Origin: Octopus bimaculoides
Lineage: Eukaryota
DNA: 64,000 nucleotides
Assembly: GCF_001194135.2 (NCBI RefSeq)
Contig: NC_068985.1
Span: 82,354,924 to 82,418,923 of the forward strand
Direction: 5' to 3'
Position 1 is the first letter of the stretch. Each line of letters begins with the position of its first letter. This document shows, in pieces, positions 24,047 to 38,200 of the stretch. A program made the position numbers and the translations under genes. The notes under the pieces are model-generated. The model searched no databases, was not told the DNA's origin, and worked only from the letters and a program-made list of their open reading frames with translations.

Positions 24047-24343
24047 NNNNNNNNNNNNNNNNNNNNNNNNNNNNNNNNNNNNNNNNNNNNNNNNNNNNNN
24101 NNNNNNNNNNNNNNNNNNNNNNNNNNNNNNNNNNNNNNNNNNNNNNNNNNNNNNNNNNNNNNNNNNNNNNNNNNNNNNNNNNNNNNNNNNNNNNNNNNNN
24201 NNNNNNNNNNNNNNNNNNNNNNNNNNNNNNNNNNNNNNNNNNNNNNNNNNNNNNNNNNNNNNNNNNNNNNNNNNNNNNNNNNNNNNNNNNNNNNNNNNNN
24301 NNNNNNNNNNNNNNNNNNNNNNNNNNNNNNNNNNNNNNNNNNN
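24015..24343. other. (TA)n tract plus assembly gap (N 24047-24343). Other gaps: 13461-13796, 14367-14675, 33265-33768, 60619-60764
   Basis: Directly visible; hidden sequence could contain small exons. Confidence 0.95.
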
Positions 24344-24416
24344 GTTTATTCTGTGTAGAAAGTTATTATTATTATTATTATTATTATTGTCACCATCATC
24401 ATCATCATTATTATTA

Positions 24417-25105
24417 AGGCGGCGTGCTGGCAGAATCGTTAGCGCGCTGGACGAAATGCTTAGCGGTATTTCGCCCGTCGCTACGTTCTGAGTTCAAATT
24501 CGGCCGAGGTCGATATTGCCTTTCATCCTTTCAGAGTCGATAAAGTAAGTCTCTGTTGAGCACTGGGGTCGATGTAATCAGCACATCCTCTCTCCCAAGC
24601 TGTATCAAAATTTGAAACCTTTTTTTTTTTTTTCATTATTTCATTATTTGTAAACATCCACACTTTATGTTTGTCTTTGTATTGGCTCCCCCATCCTTCG
24701 TCCTTGTGGGAAATAAATGAAATCATTATTATTGTTATTAAGGCAGTGAGCTGGCAGAATCGTTAGCACACCAGGCGAAATGCTTAGCGGTATTTCGTCT
24801 GCTGCTACGTTCTGAGTTCAAGTTCTGCCGAGGTCGACTTTACCTTTCATCCTCTCGGGATCGATAGATTAAGTACCAGTGAAACACTCGGATCGATGAA
24901 ATCGACTAGTCCCCTCTCCCCAAATTTCAGGCCTTGTGCCTTTAGTAGAAAGGATTATTATCATCATCTTAGGGTGGCGAGCTGGCAGAATCATTAGCAC
25001 ACCTGTCATCACGTTCTGAGTTCAAATTCCGCTGAGATCGACTTTGCCAATTATCTTTTCAGGATAAAATAATTACCAGTCGACTGCTGGGGTCGATGTA
25101 CATAA
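24417..25105 (+). mobile_element. Three head-to-tail SINE family B copies (24417-~24615, 24740-24960, 24971-~25105)
   Basis: Each begins (A)GG(C/T)(G/A)G..GCTGGCAGAATC and contains CGTTCTGAGTTCAA; copies are separated by (ATT)/(ATC) tracts. Confidence 0.9.
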
Positions 25106-28100
25106 ATTTCCATATTAACCAAAATTATCATTATTGTTGTTGATATTATTATTATTATTATTATTATTATTTATACGACATTATGATGTTTGTTTATTTG
25201 GTTTTGTTCATTAAAATCAAGTTGATTTTTAAGTAGATAATTCACAGGATAAGTATTCTTCAAAAAGAGAAGAAAATAAATTGTTTAATTTCAGTTAGAG
25301 ATTTTTCTTCTTTTATTGTTGGAATTTTCTATATATTTACGTTTTCGTTCAGGACAAACTGTAGTTGATTAACTGCTTAATTCCACAACTCTATTACCTA
25401 CAAGTTATATTGCCTATACCCTTGATAGCTAAATCCCACCTATTTATAACTAGCTCTTTATCTCTTTCAGTGGTAAGCTTATCAAGCTCAATTATTATAA
25501 TTTATAATCATTTAAACCTAACCATTCTATTCTGGAATTATTCCTTTCCAATTAGAAGCTATGTGAAGCTAAATAGATTAAAGTGTTATAATCTAACAAT
25601 CTATTTTTGTGTTTAATTTCCTTTTTTTATGAAAGGGATATTTTTAAAAGGAAAATAAGATAGAAATTTCCTTTTCAATTTGGTATAAATTATAAACGGG
25701 GAAATTTGAAAGTTTCTATCTTCAGTGTTTATTGACCTTGAATCATAAATTTATGGGAATTGATATTTAAATATCATCTTTAAAGCAGTAACTAAATATC
25801 TGTTTCATCTTTTAGCAATTTCTATCCTCATTTTGAATTATGCCCAAAACTATTAGGGTTTAAAACTACACTGGATTTATCAATCCTGTAAAAAATTTTT
25901 AAAAAAGGCTTTACAAAAATTATTTTTATATAATTTATTTTATATTTCTTTTCTGAGACTATTTTGATATTCATTTTGGTCGTGCATAGAACTTATATTT
26001 ATGTATTTAGAGCACTTTAAGAAAGTGGGGCACCCCAGAGTTTTTTCCAGTGCAAATGAGGAATTACAAGGTTTTTCACTTTTTGATGAAGGTTTGAAAA
26101 GTTTTTTCTTTTTCTTTTTTTTTTTTGTTTCTGTGGTTCTAGTTATATGTAAATAATTTGTCTATTGCTGCTTAGTATTAAATGTTTAAAATAGCAGGCT
26201 ATATTTGTAGCTATAGAGGCAGACCTGGCAAGATAATCTAAATGTGCAAAACTGAATTTTGAATCTGCTATTTCACAAATTAGTGTGCATGTTTTGATAT
26301 CTTGACAGTTAGGCAATGAGAAAGTTAAGGGGCATCATTATTGGCATGTGTTTAGGCCATTGGTTTGTAAACTGCTGTGGATTTTAAAATATATATTTTA
26401 AGGCTTCAGAAAATCCATATTCATGTTTGTGTGAGTGTATTGAAAAATGTGCTATTTATAATTCTGCTAAAACTAAGTAAGTTATAGTTTCTATAAGTTT
26501 TTATAACTTATCTTTCTATGTGAAGTGTGCCAGTAGTTTAAAAGTTTCCATGCAAAGTGTTCCACTAATTGTAGACTTTCTATGTGATTCAATGTCTAGT
26601 GTACCACAGTGTCACAAAGACTGATGACCACTGGCTTAGGGTATCAGTTGGTTTTAATCTAGTGGTAGTTGCACATCACATGTTTTTGCTTGTCTTCTTA
26701 ATGTACATCTGAAATTATAAAAAAAACTTGTAAGTTTTTCAATGGATAGTAATGGAATTCTAACTTCTCTTAGGAGACTGGAACTCTGAGTATTCTGCTG
26801 TTGAATATTTTACCAATTATTGTGTAAGACGCATAAATTTATACCCTTTTAAAACTTGTTTTTTTTAAAAATTTCTTTTCAATAAATTGTGTAAAGTAGG
26901 ATTAAAGTGCAAAAATAACAAATAAACTCTTTGCTAATGATTTTGCAAATAATTGTCAAATCATCAACCTGGATATTGTTTTTATTGACATTGCACTGAA
27001 TATTTCAACACTTAATACTTTATTAATTGTAATTTTATAAACAGAATCTGAAATATTTTTTAATGATTGAAAAATATTGATAACTTATTTCTGTTATATT
27101 ATTGGAACAAAAAAATGAAAATCATTAAGATTTTCAAAGTGAGCTTTTTTTTTTTTTTTTTTTTTCATTCCATCCAATATGCTGGATAAAATTTGTCATT
27201 CTTTTAGTTCTAATTCAACAATACCCAGCTCAAATATGTTATGATTTAAAATACTTGATGAAAAAATATATGAACTTTAACGACTTAATTTCATAATTTC
27301 TGATATCTGTCAGTCAAATTGTCATTAAACTTTTCCAAGTATATATTTTTTGCTTTTGTTGTTCTCTATTTTTTCCTAAAACTCACTTGTTTTATGCAAA
27401 ACATTAATGTAGCTGACATGGCTATATTTACAATCTTAACTTTTAATACCTTTATAAACCACTGAATTCCTTATTTTTCATCTACTAATTCTTTCATACC
27501 GTAAATTCACCCTTCTAAATCACTTATGTTATCCTAATTTCTTTTGTAAAGAATCTATGTACTTTTGCAATTTTATTTTTTCATATTTTTGTCAATATGA
27601 AAAAATTTAAAAGGTTATATAGTTGTTGGATTTCTAAAATATTTTGAATTAACAGAACAATTCAATTTCAGTATATATATATATATGTGTGTGTGTGTGT
27701 ATTTCATATATTTTGAAATTTATAGAGATTTTTTCTTAGGGGTTACTTGTTAAAACTGTATGTTTTTAAGTTTTAAAAGAAAATCAGTTAAAATTTCTTC
27801 TTTTCAGATGTTGATCTCTGTCATTTAATATTAATGATGAAATTAGCAAAGAAAATGTACTTCAAGATTATATGTTAAAGTAAATTGAATTGAGAAAGAT
27901 TTATCAAATTAAATAATGTAAATATAATGATGCAGTCAAACAGTTTTGTTTAATTTTACTTTTGAAAGATGCTAGCTAAATTCATAATTTATAGCAATTT
28001 AAATAATCCATATTGCCCAAAAGATCATTGTATAATTTGGGAGTTATCCCAATTCTCTAAGCTCTGATGTTGTTGACTGAATGATTCTCAAGCACTTCAG

Positions 28101-30499
28101 TCCATTTCCATAAGTTGACATCAAAGAATAAAGTTAAACCTTAAATTAAAAATGAAGGATGAACCTTTTTAATTTTTAATGTTACATTACATTAAAAATT
28201 ACAATCAATTCTTTTGATCTCTGGTAAAGATAAAGGATTGTTATGAAGGTAGTCTTTCAGAGAGTATTTGTGAAAAGAAAATGTAGGCTGAGTTGCAGTA
28301 TATTTAGGTGCATCCAAATTAAGGCCAATGAATTGATTATAGTGTTGCTATGATAAACAGATGACACAAACTACATAGAAAGATTTTGAGCAATGATAGT
28401 ATCGGGTGGTAAACTAAAGAGCAGAGATGAGATAAGGCAGTGATTGCACAGTTGTGAGTTGATTTGATTGCGAGGGGAGTGCATAACCTATAAAATAGCT
28501 TTTGCAATTTCATTTTGATAAATTTTTAGCCGGTGTAAGAAAGCTACCATTTTTGTCACCAAATCTCAGTGGCTTGCTAACATAATTGTTATATTCAATA
28601 AAGTGAAAGTAGTTATCAGAATGTTTACATTTTTTAATTTTAGGTAATATAGAAATTAGTCTTTTGTTTGTTTTTGTTCGAATTACTATCAAAGGAATAT
28701 TAGAAATTTGTGTTACCTATTAGATATGCTCTTGATTTAAAATCAATAATGCAAAATAAAACTTAGAATTCAATGATATGATAAAAATTAAAACTTAAAT
28801 TGGCTATCTATCTTAACAAAACAAAACACAATTCTAGATAGTTTCCAGTTTAATTTATTTTCTTCATAATTGAAATGTAGCTTACAATTCTTGAAATAAA
28901 TGCTTTTATGAAATGCTTGAATGATAACACTGTTATATGTGTATGTAAAAGTAATCTGTAAATGACTTTCTAGTTCACACATGTGCACATTAGTTTTTAA
29001 GGGAATAAACTATTTAATTAGGTAAATTAAATAATTGATTTACATATCGCTATTACTTGACTGAATTACTTATGAAGATTCTAATTTATTTTTTCATGGA
29101 AAAATATTTTTATAGGATGTTATCAGTTAATTAACTTCAACAATATTTATGATTTAAACAATAACCAAAAATAAAACAGTAAATTGATTAGGCCCGCATC
29201 ATCTATATTAGTCAGTGATCTAATATGTTCGACAATAAAATTGTGCTAATGGGTATTCTTTATCAGTTCTTCTTGAAGTAGTCTATACAGATTTTTAACA
29301 ATCTAAGTATGACCTCATTTGGAATATAAGCAAACTAATAAAAATTACAAAATTTCATTGTTTATAAAAGTCCTATTCCAAAAGCATTTAAAATATCTGG
29401 CAGTGTTTGAATCTTATTATTTACTTGAATAATCATATTAACATGCTGTTATCTATGAAAATTAATTCTTTAAAATTGCATTGAGTAAATTAATAAAAAA
29501 AGTTAAACTACTTCCATTTTCTTTCCTATAATAACATTCTTTAATGTTTAAAACTTGATGTTTATTGGTTAATTGAATTTATTGAGTGCCAAGTAATTGA
29601 TGCATTTCTAGTTGATTGATATTTGTTGAAAGTTGATTGACGCCAAAGATATAAGTAAATATTCATAGTTAAATTTTTATTTGCTGAAGCTATGCATTGA
29701 AAATATTGGTTTAGAAGGAATAAAAAGAAAAAAAGAAGCTAAAATATGGAAACAATGATAAAGTGTGACTATGTTAAATAACACAGCATTTTAAAACTCA
29801 CACTCTTAAAATAATTTGAGATTTTCTTTCTGTTTCTGAGAATATAAAAGTTATAACTCTCCACTTTCCATCACATAAATGTTCTGTGAATAGTTAAATC
29901 TCAATACTTGATATTATTAAAGGATTGGAGCGCATTAATTACATCATATAAAATAAAATGAAAACTGACGTAATTTTTAACTATCAAATATAAAGAAAAA
30001 GTTTTATATGCTAATGCTCAAAGAATTGTTAGTTGGCATGCAACTTTTTTTGCTAGGTTTAACATAAAAATTTGCTTATGAAAATTTTATGAAATATGGC
30101 TGTTACACAATAACTTTACAGTTGAAAGGATATTATATAATGAAAAATTAAAACTTGATTTAAGAAAAAGCATTAAATTTAAATGCTTAGAAAATTATAT
30201 TGATGACCAGGAAATCAGGTGTTCATACCAAAGTATGGTGATGGACATCAGATGAAGACAATAAATTTTTTGATTTTCCAGGATTATACTACTAGTTACT
30301 GTACCAGTTAGTTTAGAGGGAAGTAGTTGCTCTGCATGCAACAGTTACTGCACTTGCCCCATCTTCATCATTCCTTTTTCCCTCATAATAGTAAACTTAC
30401 AAAGATAAGTGAAATGGATTTGGATGCAGAAATGAGAGATTGAAGGTAAAGCACAAAAGATGTCAAAATTGCAATAGTTAAAACCTTCTGCTTACCAAT

Positions 30500-30800
30500 A
30501 AGAAACAAGGCCTACATAGTGATTCCAACAGCTAGAAATAGCAACCAAATTTTTCCTTGTGACACTCTATTGCCTTAGATCTACTTAGATATGAATAAAC
30601 AACAACCACTTGGGTCAGCAAGGATACCTCTATGTGGTTACTTGACCTGCTTGAAATAATAGCTAAATTTTACTGAAACTGTATACTGTTATTTTAAAAA
30701 AGATATATTATGTAATATAGTCCTAGATACGCTATGCCTGAACAGAAAATGGGATAGTCATAGTTGGAATGCCTTTGATCAATCAGGACTGATTTGAAAT
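30500..30800 (+). repeat. Decayed interspersed repeat family D (related pieces at ~23155-23225, 36820-37020, 57820-58010)
   Basis: Shared motifs GTGGTTACTTGACCTGCT(A/T)GAAATA.CA.CCAAAT and GGGAT(A/G)GTCAT.G.TGGAA..TTGATCA across copies. Confidence 0.55.
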
Positions 30801-32028
30801 AAAACAATCACTGCTTCCATATTTCTTTTGTTTTATTAATACTATTTTTAATTCTTCTCTGAACCAATTTCCTTCAATGGAAAAAATAAATATTTGACTT
30901 ATTTTCTCAAATCTTCATATATTTTATTTATAAAATTACAATTCTTTTGGAATATTCTCAGAATTCTTTTTTTTTTCACTCGCACCATTATTGTACCTTC
31001 ATGCCCCTCATTTGCCAAGTGATTAGCAATCAAAGCTACCGCTGTATAGTTTGTTTTCAATTAATGGCAATAGAGCTGATTCCTAATTTTCAGTCAAAGT
31101 TAAATAATGTAAAAGCAAGGGTGGCATAAGTTACAATGAAATAGATGCATGTCTATATTTACAATATTACAAACAGATGTTTTTAATAATTCAATGAAAT
31201 ATTACATTGTTACACACTGAAGGGTATCATCTTATTACTTTTATCTATATGCAAGCTTTATGAATCTGATGTTAGTTTTGAAGTTAGAGATATAGGATTC
31301 AAAATGGTTATGAATTATCTTGAACCAGTGGTTGTTAACATTCTGTTATGACTTAAGTGAGCAATCTTTCCTGATAAGGATCTCATAACCTAAAGAAATA
31401 TAAGTATTAACTTGATAGAATGCAGTCATTTCTTAAAATACAATTTTAGCATTCAAAACATCCACTTAGACAACTTTACTTTTTGTTCAATGAAGGCTGT
31501 CCTCAGAAGAATCATATTCATAAAAGAATTGTATTTTTCTTATTACTTTTTATGCTGCTTTGGCAAATCATAGTTATTTATTAATAAATTTAGAGTTTCT
31601 CTACTTAAATTGGTGCCAACCAAATTCAAGAGTGAATTCAATAACAGGTTTGTTAGAGGAGTCTTAAAGAAGATGAATTTCTATAAAAATGGACATGTCT
31701 TTTAGATTATGAGATGTAACTCCTATGCTGAAATATATTAGAAATCTTAAAGAACTTAATGTTTTAGCTGATTATTTTATGCTTATACAATGTTTATGTT
31801 AATGTACTGAAATTACCAAAATGAATGTTGTTGAAAAAACAAATTTATCAAAAACTGTTTGAGAGGATTATTGATTTACAAAATTCCTTGCATCACAGTT
31901 GAAATTTTTTTTACCTTTGAACTTGACCTGCACATCCTAAATTAAAATTTATAACATATTAGTTTCATCTTCTGCTCATGAAGGTAATTTGTCTATCTTG
32001 TCTATCTGATAGCCTTCCTGATTGTCAA

Positions 32029-32029
<1 letters not shown>

Positions 32030-32079
<50 letters not shown>

Positions 32080-32175
32080 NNNNNNNNNNNNNNNNNNNNN
32101 NNNNNNNNNNNNNNNNNNNNNNNNNNNNNNNNNNNNNNNNNNNNNNNNNNNNNNNNNNNNNNNNNNNNNNNNNNN

Positions 32176-32226
<51 letters not shown>

Positions 32227-32242
32227 ACACACACACACACAA
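32030..32242. repeat. (CT)n/(CA)n microsatellite with gap (N 32080-32175)
   Basis: Directly visible. Confidence 0.95.
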
Positions 32243-32885
32243 ATTAAGGTTTGTTTCTCAATGAATCTCACTCAAACTTTGCATGTTAATGTAAAATAAT
32301 GTCAGAATATGCATAATGAAAAAAAATTCTGGTTCTAAGGTTTTCACTGATGTAAAATAGAGCAGATTCAAGAAAAGAAATAGTGAAAGTCTGGTAGTTA
32401 TAATGGAGTGGTAGTACAGTAGGAATGTTAGTGTAAGGTACAGAAACATCTGTTTAGGATATTAAATTGTCTTTTCTCCTTCATTTTATTTTCATCTTTC
32501 TCTTTAACCCTCTCTGTTTGCACTTGTCTCTAACCGAATCCTTTCTCTCTTTTTCACACAGACAGTGTATGCACACATATAAACCCTCACACACACTGTA
32601 TTGACAATATATATAAGAATACTGAGATTATCAAACTTCACCCTTCAAAAGTTAAAACATCTTTTGGTAGTTAGTATACAATTTCAAATATGGATGGTAG
32701 AAAAATATATTCTTTTGTTGTTTTACATTTGAATTTTATTTGTTTATTAGCAATTCAGTTATACTCTGTGAATCACAAATTTCATGTTCAAATTGATATA
32801 CTCATTTCAAACACGAAAATTAATATAGAGCATAACACCCAAATATTTTATATGTATAATCAAATTTATATATATCTACACAGGT

Positions 32886-33240
32886 GCAGGCATGGCTGTG
32901 TGATTAGAAACTTGCTTCCCAACCACATGGTTCTGGGTTCAGTCCTACTGAATGGCATGTTGGGCAAGTATCTTCTACTATAGCCACAGGCCTGCCAAGG
33001 CCCTGTGAGTGGATTTGGTAGATGGAAAATGAAAGAACCCTGTCGTGTGTGTGTGTTTATTCCCCCCCCCACCTCCTATCATTGCTTGACAACCAGTGTG
33101 TTTATGTCCCCATAACTTAGTAGTTTGGCAAAAGAAAAAGAGACCGGTAGAATAAGTATTAGGGGGTTGATTCATTCAACTAAAAATTCAAGGCGGTGTC
33201 CCAGCATGGCCACAGTCTGAAACAAGTGAAAGATAAAAGA
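32886..33240 (+). mobile_element. SINE family A, CpG-decayed
   Basis: Colinear with 15803-16231 but many CG sites read TG/CA (e.g. AACCACATGGTTCTGGG vs AACCGCATGGTCCCGGG). Confidence 0.9.
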
Positions 33241-33768
33241 TACAAATTATATATATATATATATNNNNNNNNNNNNNNNNNNNNNNNNNNNNNNNNNNNN
33301 NNNNNNNNNNNNNNNNNNNNNNNNNNNNNNNNNNNNNNNNNNNNNNNNNNNNNNNNNNNNNNNNNNNNNNNNNNNNNNNNNNNNNNNNNNNNNNNNNNNN
33401 NNNNNNNNNNNNNNNNNNNNNNNNNNNNNNNNNNNNNNNNNNNNNNNNNNNNNNNNNNNNNNNNNNNNNNNNNNNNNNNNNNNNNNNNNNNNNNNNNNNN
33501 NNNNNNNNNNNNNNNNNNNNNNNNNNNNNNNNNNNNNNNNNNNNNNNNNNNNNNNNNNNNNNNNNNNNNNNNNNNNNNNNNNNNNNNNNNNNNNNNNNNN
33601 NNNNNNNNNNNNNNNNNNNNNNNNNNNNNNNNNNNNNNNNNNNNNNNNNNNNNNNNNNNNNNNNNNNNNNNNNNNNNNNNNNNNNNNNNNNNNNNNNNNN
33701 NNNNNNNNNNNNNNNNNNNNNNNNNNNNNNNNNNNNNNNNNNNNNNNNNNNNNNNNNNNNNNNNNNNN

Positions 33769-33801
<33 letters not shown>

Positions 33802-33989
33802 TCTGCTTTCAGATTATCTCATTTGTTACTACAGATACATGTTATATTGTTATGCATTCTAAAGCCATAAATGCCATTTAGGTATCAGAAATTACTATTG
33901 TTAGAAGAACAGCTGAGAAAACCCTGTTCATTACTTTATGGTTGTTTATGCCATTGCTTTATTACACTAAACTCTGATTTCTTCTCTGT

Positions 33990-34330
33990 CTTTCTAAGAT
34001 TTCACTGAGCCTCTGGTGCATCTGTTATTTACATTCTTTATACAATACTGAATTCTTGCATACCTCTCATTTTATATCAAACTTAGTAAGCCTTCTGAAG
34101 CTGCTATATTCTGTGTGGCTGCTTTTGTGTCACTTAGCAAGAATGCTGTTCTACTGTCAAAGATAAAATGTTTATTTGCTAGTTGGTTGGCCACTGTTAT
34201 TCTCTCTCATCTATCTTGAAGCTTTCAACATTTCAGCAATTGTCCCTGAAGAACCTGTTGCTTTCTCTGATTTTACTGTCTTAATCACTTTACCATCTTT
34301 TGTCTAATCTTAGACTCTCCTGGGGGTAGG
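33990..34330 (-). mobile_element. Highly decayed RTE-like RT fragment
   Basis: Minus strand gives VIKTVKSEKATGSSGTIAEMLKAS, resembling the KxGKAxGPSGIxAEMLKAS motif upstream of LINE RT domain 1. Confidence 0.4.
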
Positions 34331-36159
34331 ATATCTGTCTTCCTCCTTTCCAATCTCTCTTATATGAAAACAGGCTACATAATAAGACATCTCAAAATAA
34401 ATACTTCTGAGACAATCTTTCTAATTAATACAGGATAAGGCCACACATGTAACTTGTTAAGTCTTACATTTCAGAAAATTGATATCTATGTTCATTAGTT
34501 TGCACAAGCATGAAGTTCTTCAAGTACTTACTCCATCACTTGTGGTCAACATTATCATGAAATGTCATTATCTCATCAATTAATTAACTACATAATTATA
34601 ATTTATTCATTCTCTCTTCCTATGTAGATTGCTATTGTTAACCAAAGAACATAAGAATTATCTGGTTTTTGACTGATTACATTACATTGAATCCTTTAGT
34701 GGTAATAAGTAAAACATTCCTTCTTTTGATAACATGTAGAAGGAGTACAATTGAATTTTATATAGTTTAATTATAATAATCATATGCTAATGTTTAACAC
34801 TGTAAACCAGAGAAATATTATACCAGTGATATATCTATTTGAAAAATATTAAAAATTACACTTCTAAGGAATAATTGTAATGAGATATGAACAAAAGCTT
34901 GAAATCTTGATTCGGCTCTTGTAATGTATATACTTGATATTTTGCATAGATTTTCGTTTTTGACTTCTAACTTTGCCATTATGTTTGTTATATTTGAAAT
35001 TCATTTCCAGTGATTTTTTTCTTTTCTTTACTAAAGATTACTAAACTAAATTTATGCTAAAAATATGACCAATTATTTTCATGCATACAGATAGATGTTT
35101 CTCACTGTAATAATACTCCATCCAGTTAGAATGACCTTTGACAATACAAGTTTTAGTTTTGAATATTTTCAGTTATTGCACACATAAAAAGTAAAACTTT
35201 TGCTTAGTCATAGATTGCTTTCATATTCTTTTTTTTTTTTTTTTTTTTTTAAATAATTTTAGTTTTTGAATATGATTTTTCAATGATCATAAATTTATTC
35301 TGGGATTGTATGCAGTTTGATTCCAGACAAGGCTGTTCATTAAGCTTCCGCCTTTAACATTTAGAGGCAAAAATACTGCTTTCTTTTTATTTCTCTATTT
35401 TAGTGCTTGTGAATATTTTTCTTAGATTGTAATCTCATTTCAAACAAAATAGAACATTTATTTAAGCTAATGGCAATGCAGGAATCATTAGACTTCCATT
35501 TAAAGAAAAAAAAAAATTAAACTTAGATTACTTATACATACTCTTTAATAGTTATTCAATATAGTTAGATAAATCTTAATTTCAAAAGTTAAAATCCACT
35601 GAATATATCCAATCCTTTTTCCTGTCAAATTATTATACGTACTTTTATAGAAATTTGTTGATTTGGCTTTTGTAGAAAGAATAAAACTAATTCCATATAT
35701 TTTCCATTTATATTTTTGAATTTTATCTTCTGCGTTAGAAAGATTCTGAACAATAATTTGTTCATGTCCTCATTGGATGAAATAACTGATAGTTATTTTC
35801 TTTTCAGGCCTTCTTCCGAAGGCTTCATTATACAACTGATCTTGGAGAGACCATTTGTTAGTTATAAAAATTTTGCAGATGTCTCCATCTATCTTCATTG
35901 CACACTATTCCTGTGAGTATCGGTAGGGTAAGTGGGGGTCAGAATTCTCAGACATAGACTTCTGACAGTCCTATCAGAAGCAACTGTCTACACTGGTTCC
36001 AGCTGGCTTCCCAGTGAGACTAAATGAAGCTATGGATAACATCCAACCATATTGTTCATGGTCTACTTCAGTTGGCTTTGTTCATGAAGTCAATTGAGTG
36101 GCTAAACAAGCAGAGGAAGTGTAAGGTTCCATGGTCCCTCTACTCTTGTTTTACTGAGA

Positions 36160-36375
36160 ACTACTCAACTTCTTTGTGTTGGTGCTACAAGAAAATGCAG
36201 CCAGTCCACTCTGTAAAGTGGTTGGCATTAAGAACGGCATCCAGCTGTGTAGAAAACATGCCAAATGATGCCTCTAGTCTTTAGAATTAGTAGCTCCTAG
36301 TGGAAAGCAACTTGACCTGTGACAACCTAACGAACCCATGCCATCAAGAAAAGCAGGCATAAAAAAATGATTAAT
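36160..36375 (+). mobile_element. Decayed SINE family C
   Basis: GTGGTTGGCATTAAGAACGGCATCCAGCTGT..AGAAAAC..CCCATGCCA matches the reverse complement of 46535-46770. Confidence 0.6.
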
Positions 36376-37923
36376 TTCCAAGACAATATTTTATCATAAC
36401 TGTTTTGGTTATTCTTGTCAGATTCACAGTCAATATCATTGTAACTGCCCCCTTATGAACAATATTGGAGACATTTGTATGCCTCTGCTTATACTTCAGA
36501 TATGACTCATCTCTTCAATGAGATGTAAGTTTCCATTTAAATCAACTACTTCTTGTTTACTTCATCTTGTTTGATCAGTCCTAAATCTTATGATCCTATT
36601 TCAGTTGTACACATCTTTAATATCTTGTATCACTGTGTATTTCTTGAAATATATCATTGTAGATTTCCTGGTGGAGTTGGTACTTTAGAAAATCATTCTT
36701 TACAAGCTTTCTAGCATTTCTCTCTTTACTGAAAGAGAAATTTCTTTTTATCAATAGAAATTGTTCTTTAAGCAACTGTCTTTCTTTGAAACCTTAGAAG
36801 CTCTTGCACTTACTCAAGTTGCTATGTGATTGCTCAGTCTGCTAGAAATAGTAACCAGATATCCCTTATATTACATATTATCTCTTTAAGAAATGTTAAA
36901 ACATTGGAGTCCAAAATACACTGCTATGGTTTTAAAAAATGTCAAGAATTAGATTTGTTGTAACTCAAATATTTTTGATAATAGATCTGCTCACTCAGAG
37001 CTGATCTAGTGCTAAACATCAACCTTAGCTTCTCTGTTTTCAGCCTCTCTCTAGATCATATTTTTACACACGGGAAGCAATCTATTTCTTGTGGTTTATT
37101 GAAGTAGTACAGTTTGTAATTACTTTCATTGTTAGCTACTTTCATTTCAGTGCACCTGGTTTTTCTGAATAGTAGATTCCCTGTCATTCTGTATGATGTT
37201 CTATTTTAGTGAGTCGGTGTCTTGCATTGATTTTTAACATTGAGTTTGCATTTACATCCTTTCTACATACCAATTCTGTTTTCCCAAAAGTTAACAGGTT
37301 TATGTCAACCCTATCACTAACTGGTACCACAATCTTGGCTTCTTGTACAGCTCCACATCATTTGTCTCAAACCCAGTCTCCATAGTTTTGAATTTTGGCA
37401 ATTTTAGTGTAATTTTATTGATTTAGCTAGAATTTTCTTTTACAATTTCTCCATCATAAAACAATCTGTTATTCTATTTCTTGGTACAGACCCAAGCAGC
37501 ATTCTATCTAGTCCAACTTTTGAGTTGTGCTGAAAAAAATGATCTTTCTACAACCTTAGCAAGTTAAAAGCTTGTAATTTCATGTATCTGGTGTATCTTG
37601 TGGTAGTTGATTTCAGTGTTATTTTGTGAGTCAATAAACATAATACTTTTCTTACAATCTGACGATCTTAACAGATGACTTGTGCTTTCTACCTTATTTT
37701 ATGCTTTACTATTGCATTTTTCTTATCTACTTTCACTTTCATCTTATAATTAATGATCATGTTATTGCTGGCTTCTTAACCAGGAGTACATTGATTCTTG
37801 CTGAAAATGTATATTCTTCAGAAATTAAAATAAATATTTTATTCTGTTTACACCAAAGATCTTTTATTGCTACTTCATAATGAAGGGTGCAAAAAATATT
37901 TCATCTGTGAACTGCTACTAACT

Positions 37924-38200
37924 CTCTACAAAGCTCATATGAGACCCATAGTAGAATATTGTTTTCACATATACTGCTGATATGTACCCAACTCTTCTGA
38001 ACCACATCCAAAAAGAAACTGTCTGATGGAGTAGCAAAGACTCCCTCTCCAACATTGCATCCTCTAGTTCTTAGGCCTACTGGCCCTTGCTCTGCATTCT
38101 AGTGCTACTACAGCAACTTCTGCTCCTTAAGACCAACTAGTGCACACCACTTCCATTCAAGCCCATTGGACCTGTGTCTTTTCTTTTCTTGTCACATATA
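37924..38200 (+). mobile_element. Decayed CR1/L2/Jockey-group LINE thumb fragment
   Basis: LYKAHMRPIVEYCFHIY (LYK..VRP..EYC motif) and a later F*CYYSNFCS remnant. Confidence 0.5.

Noticed and set aside
28544-28585. AG|LPFLSPNLSGLLT* as fuzzy exon 2
   Set aside because: No pyrimidine tract, early stop, and lacks the GSLNG..HMF motif.
34627-34700. Acceptor followed by LLLLTKEHKNYLVFD*, faintly like a late FUZ exon
   Set aside because: All three frames stop before a donor, and the intervening FUZ exons are absent.
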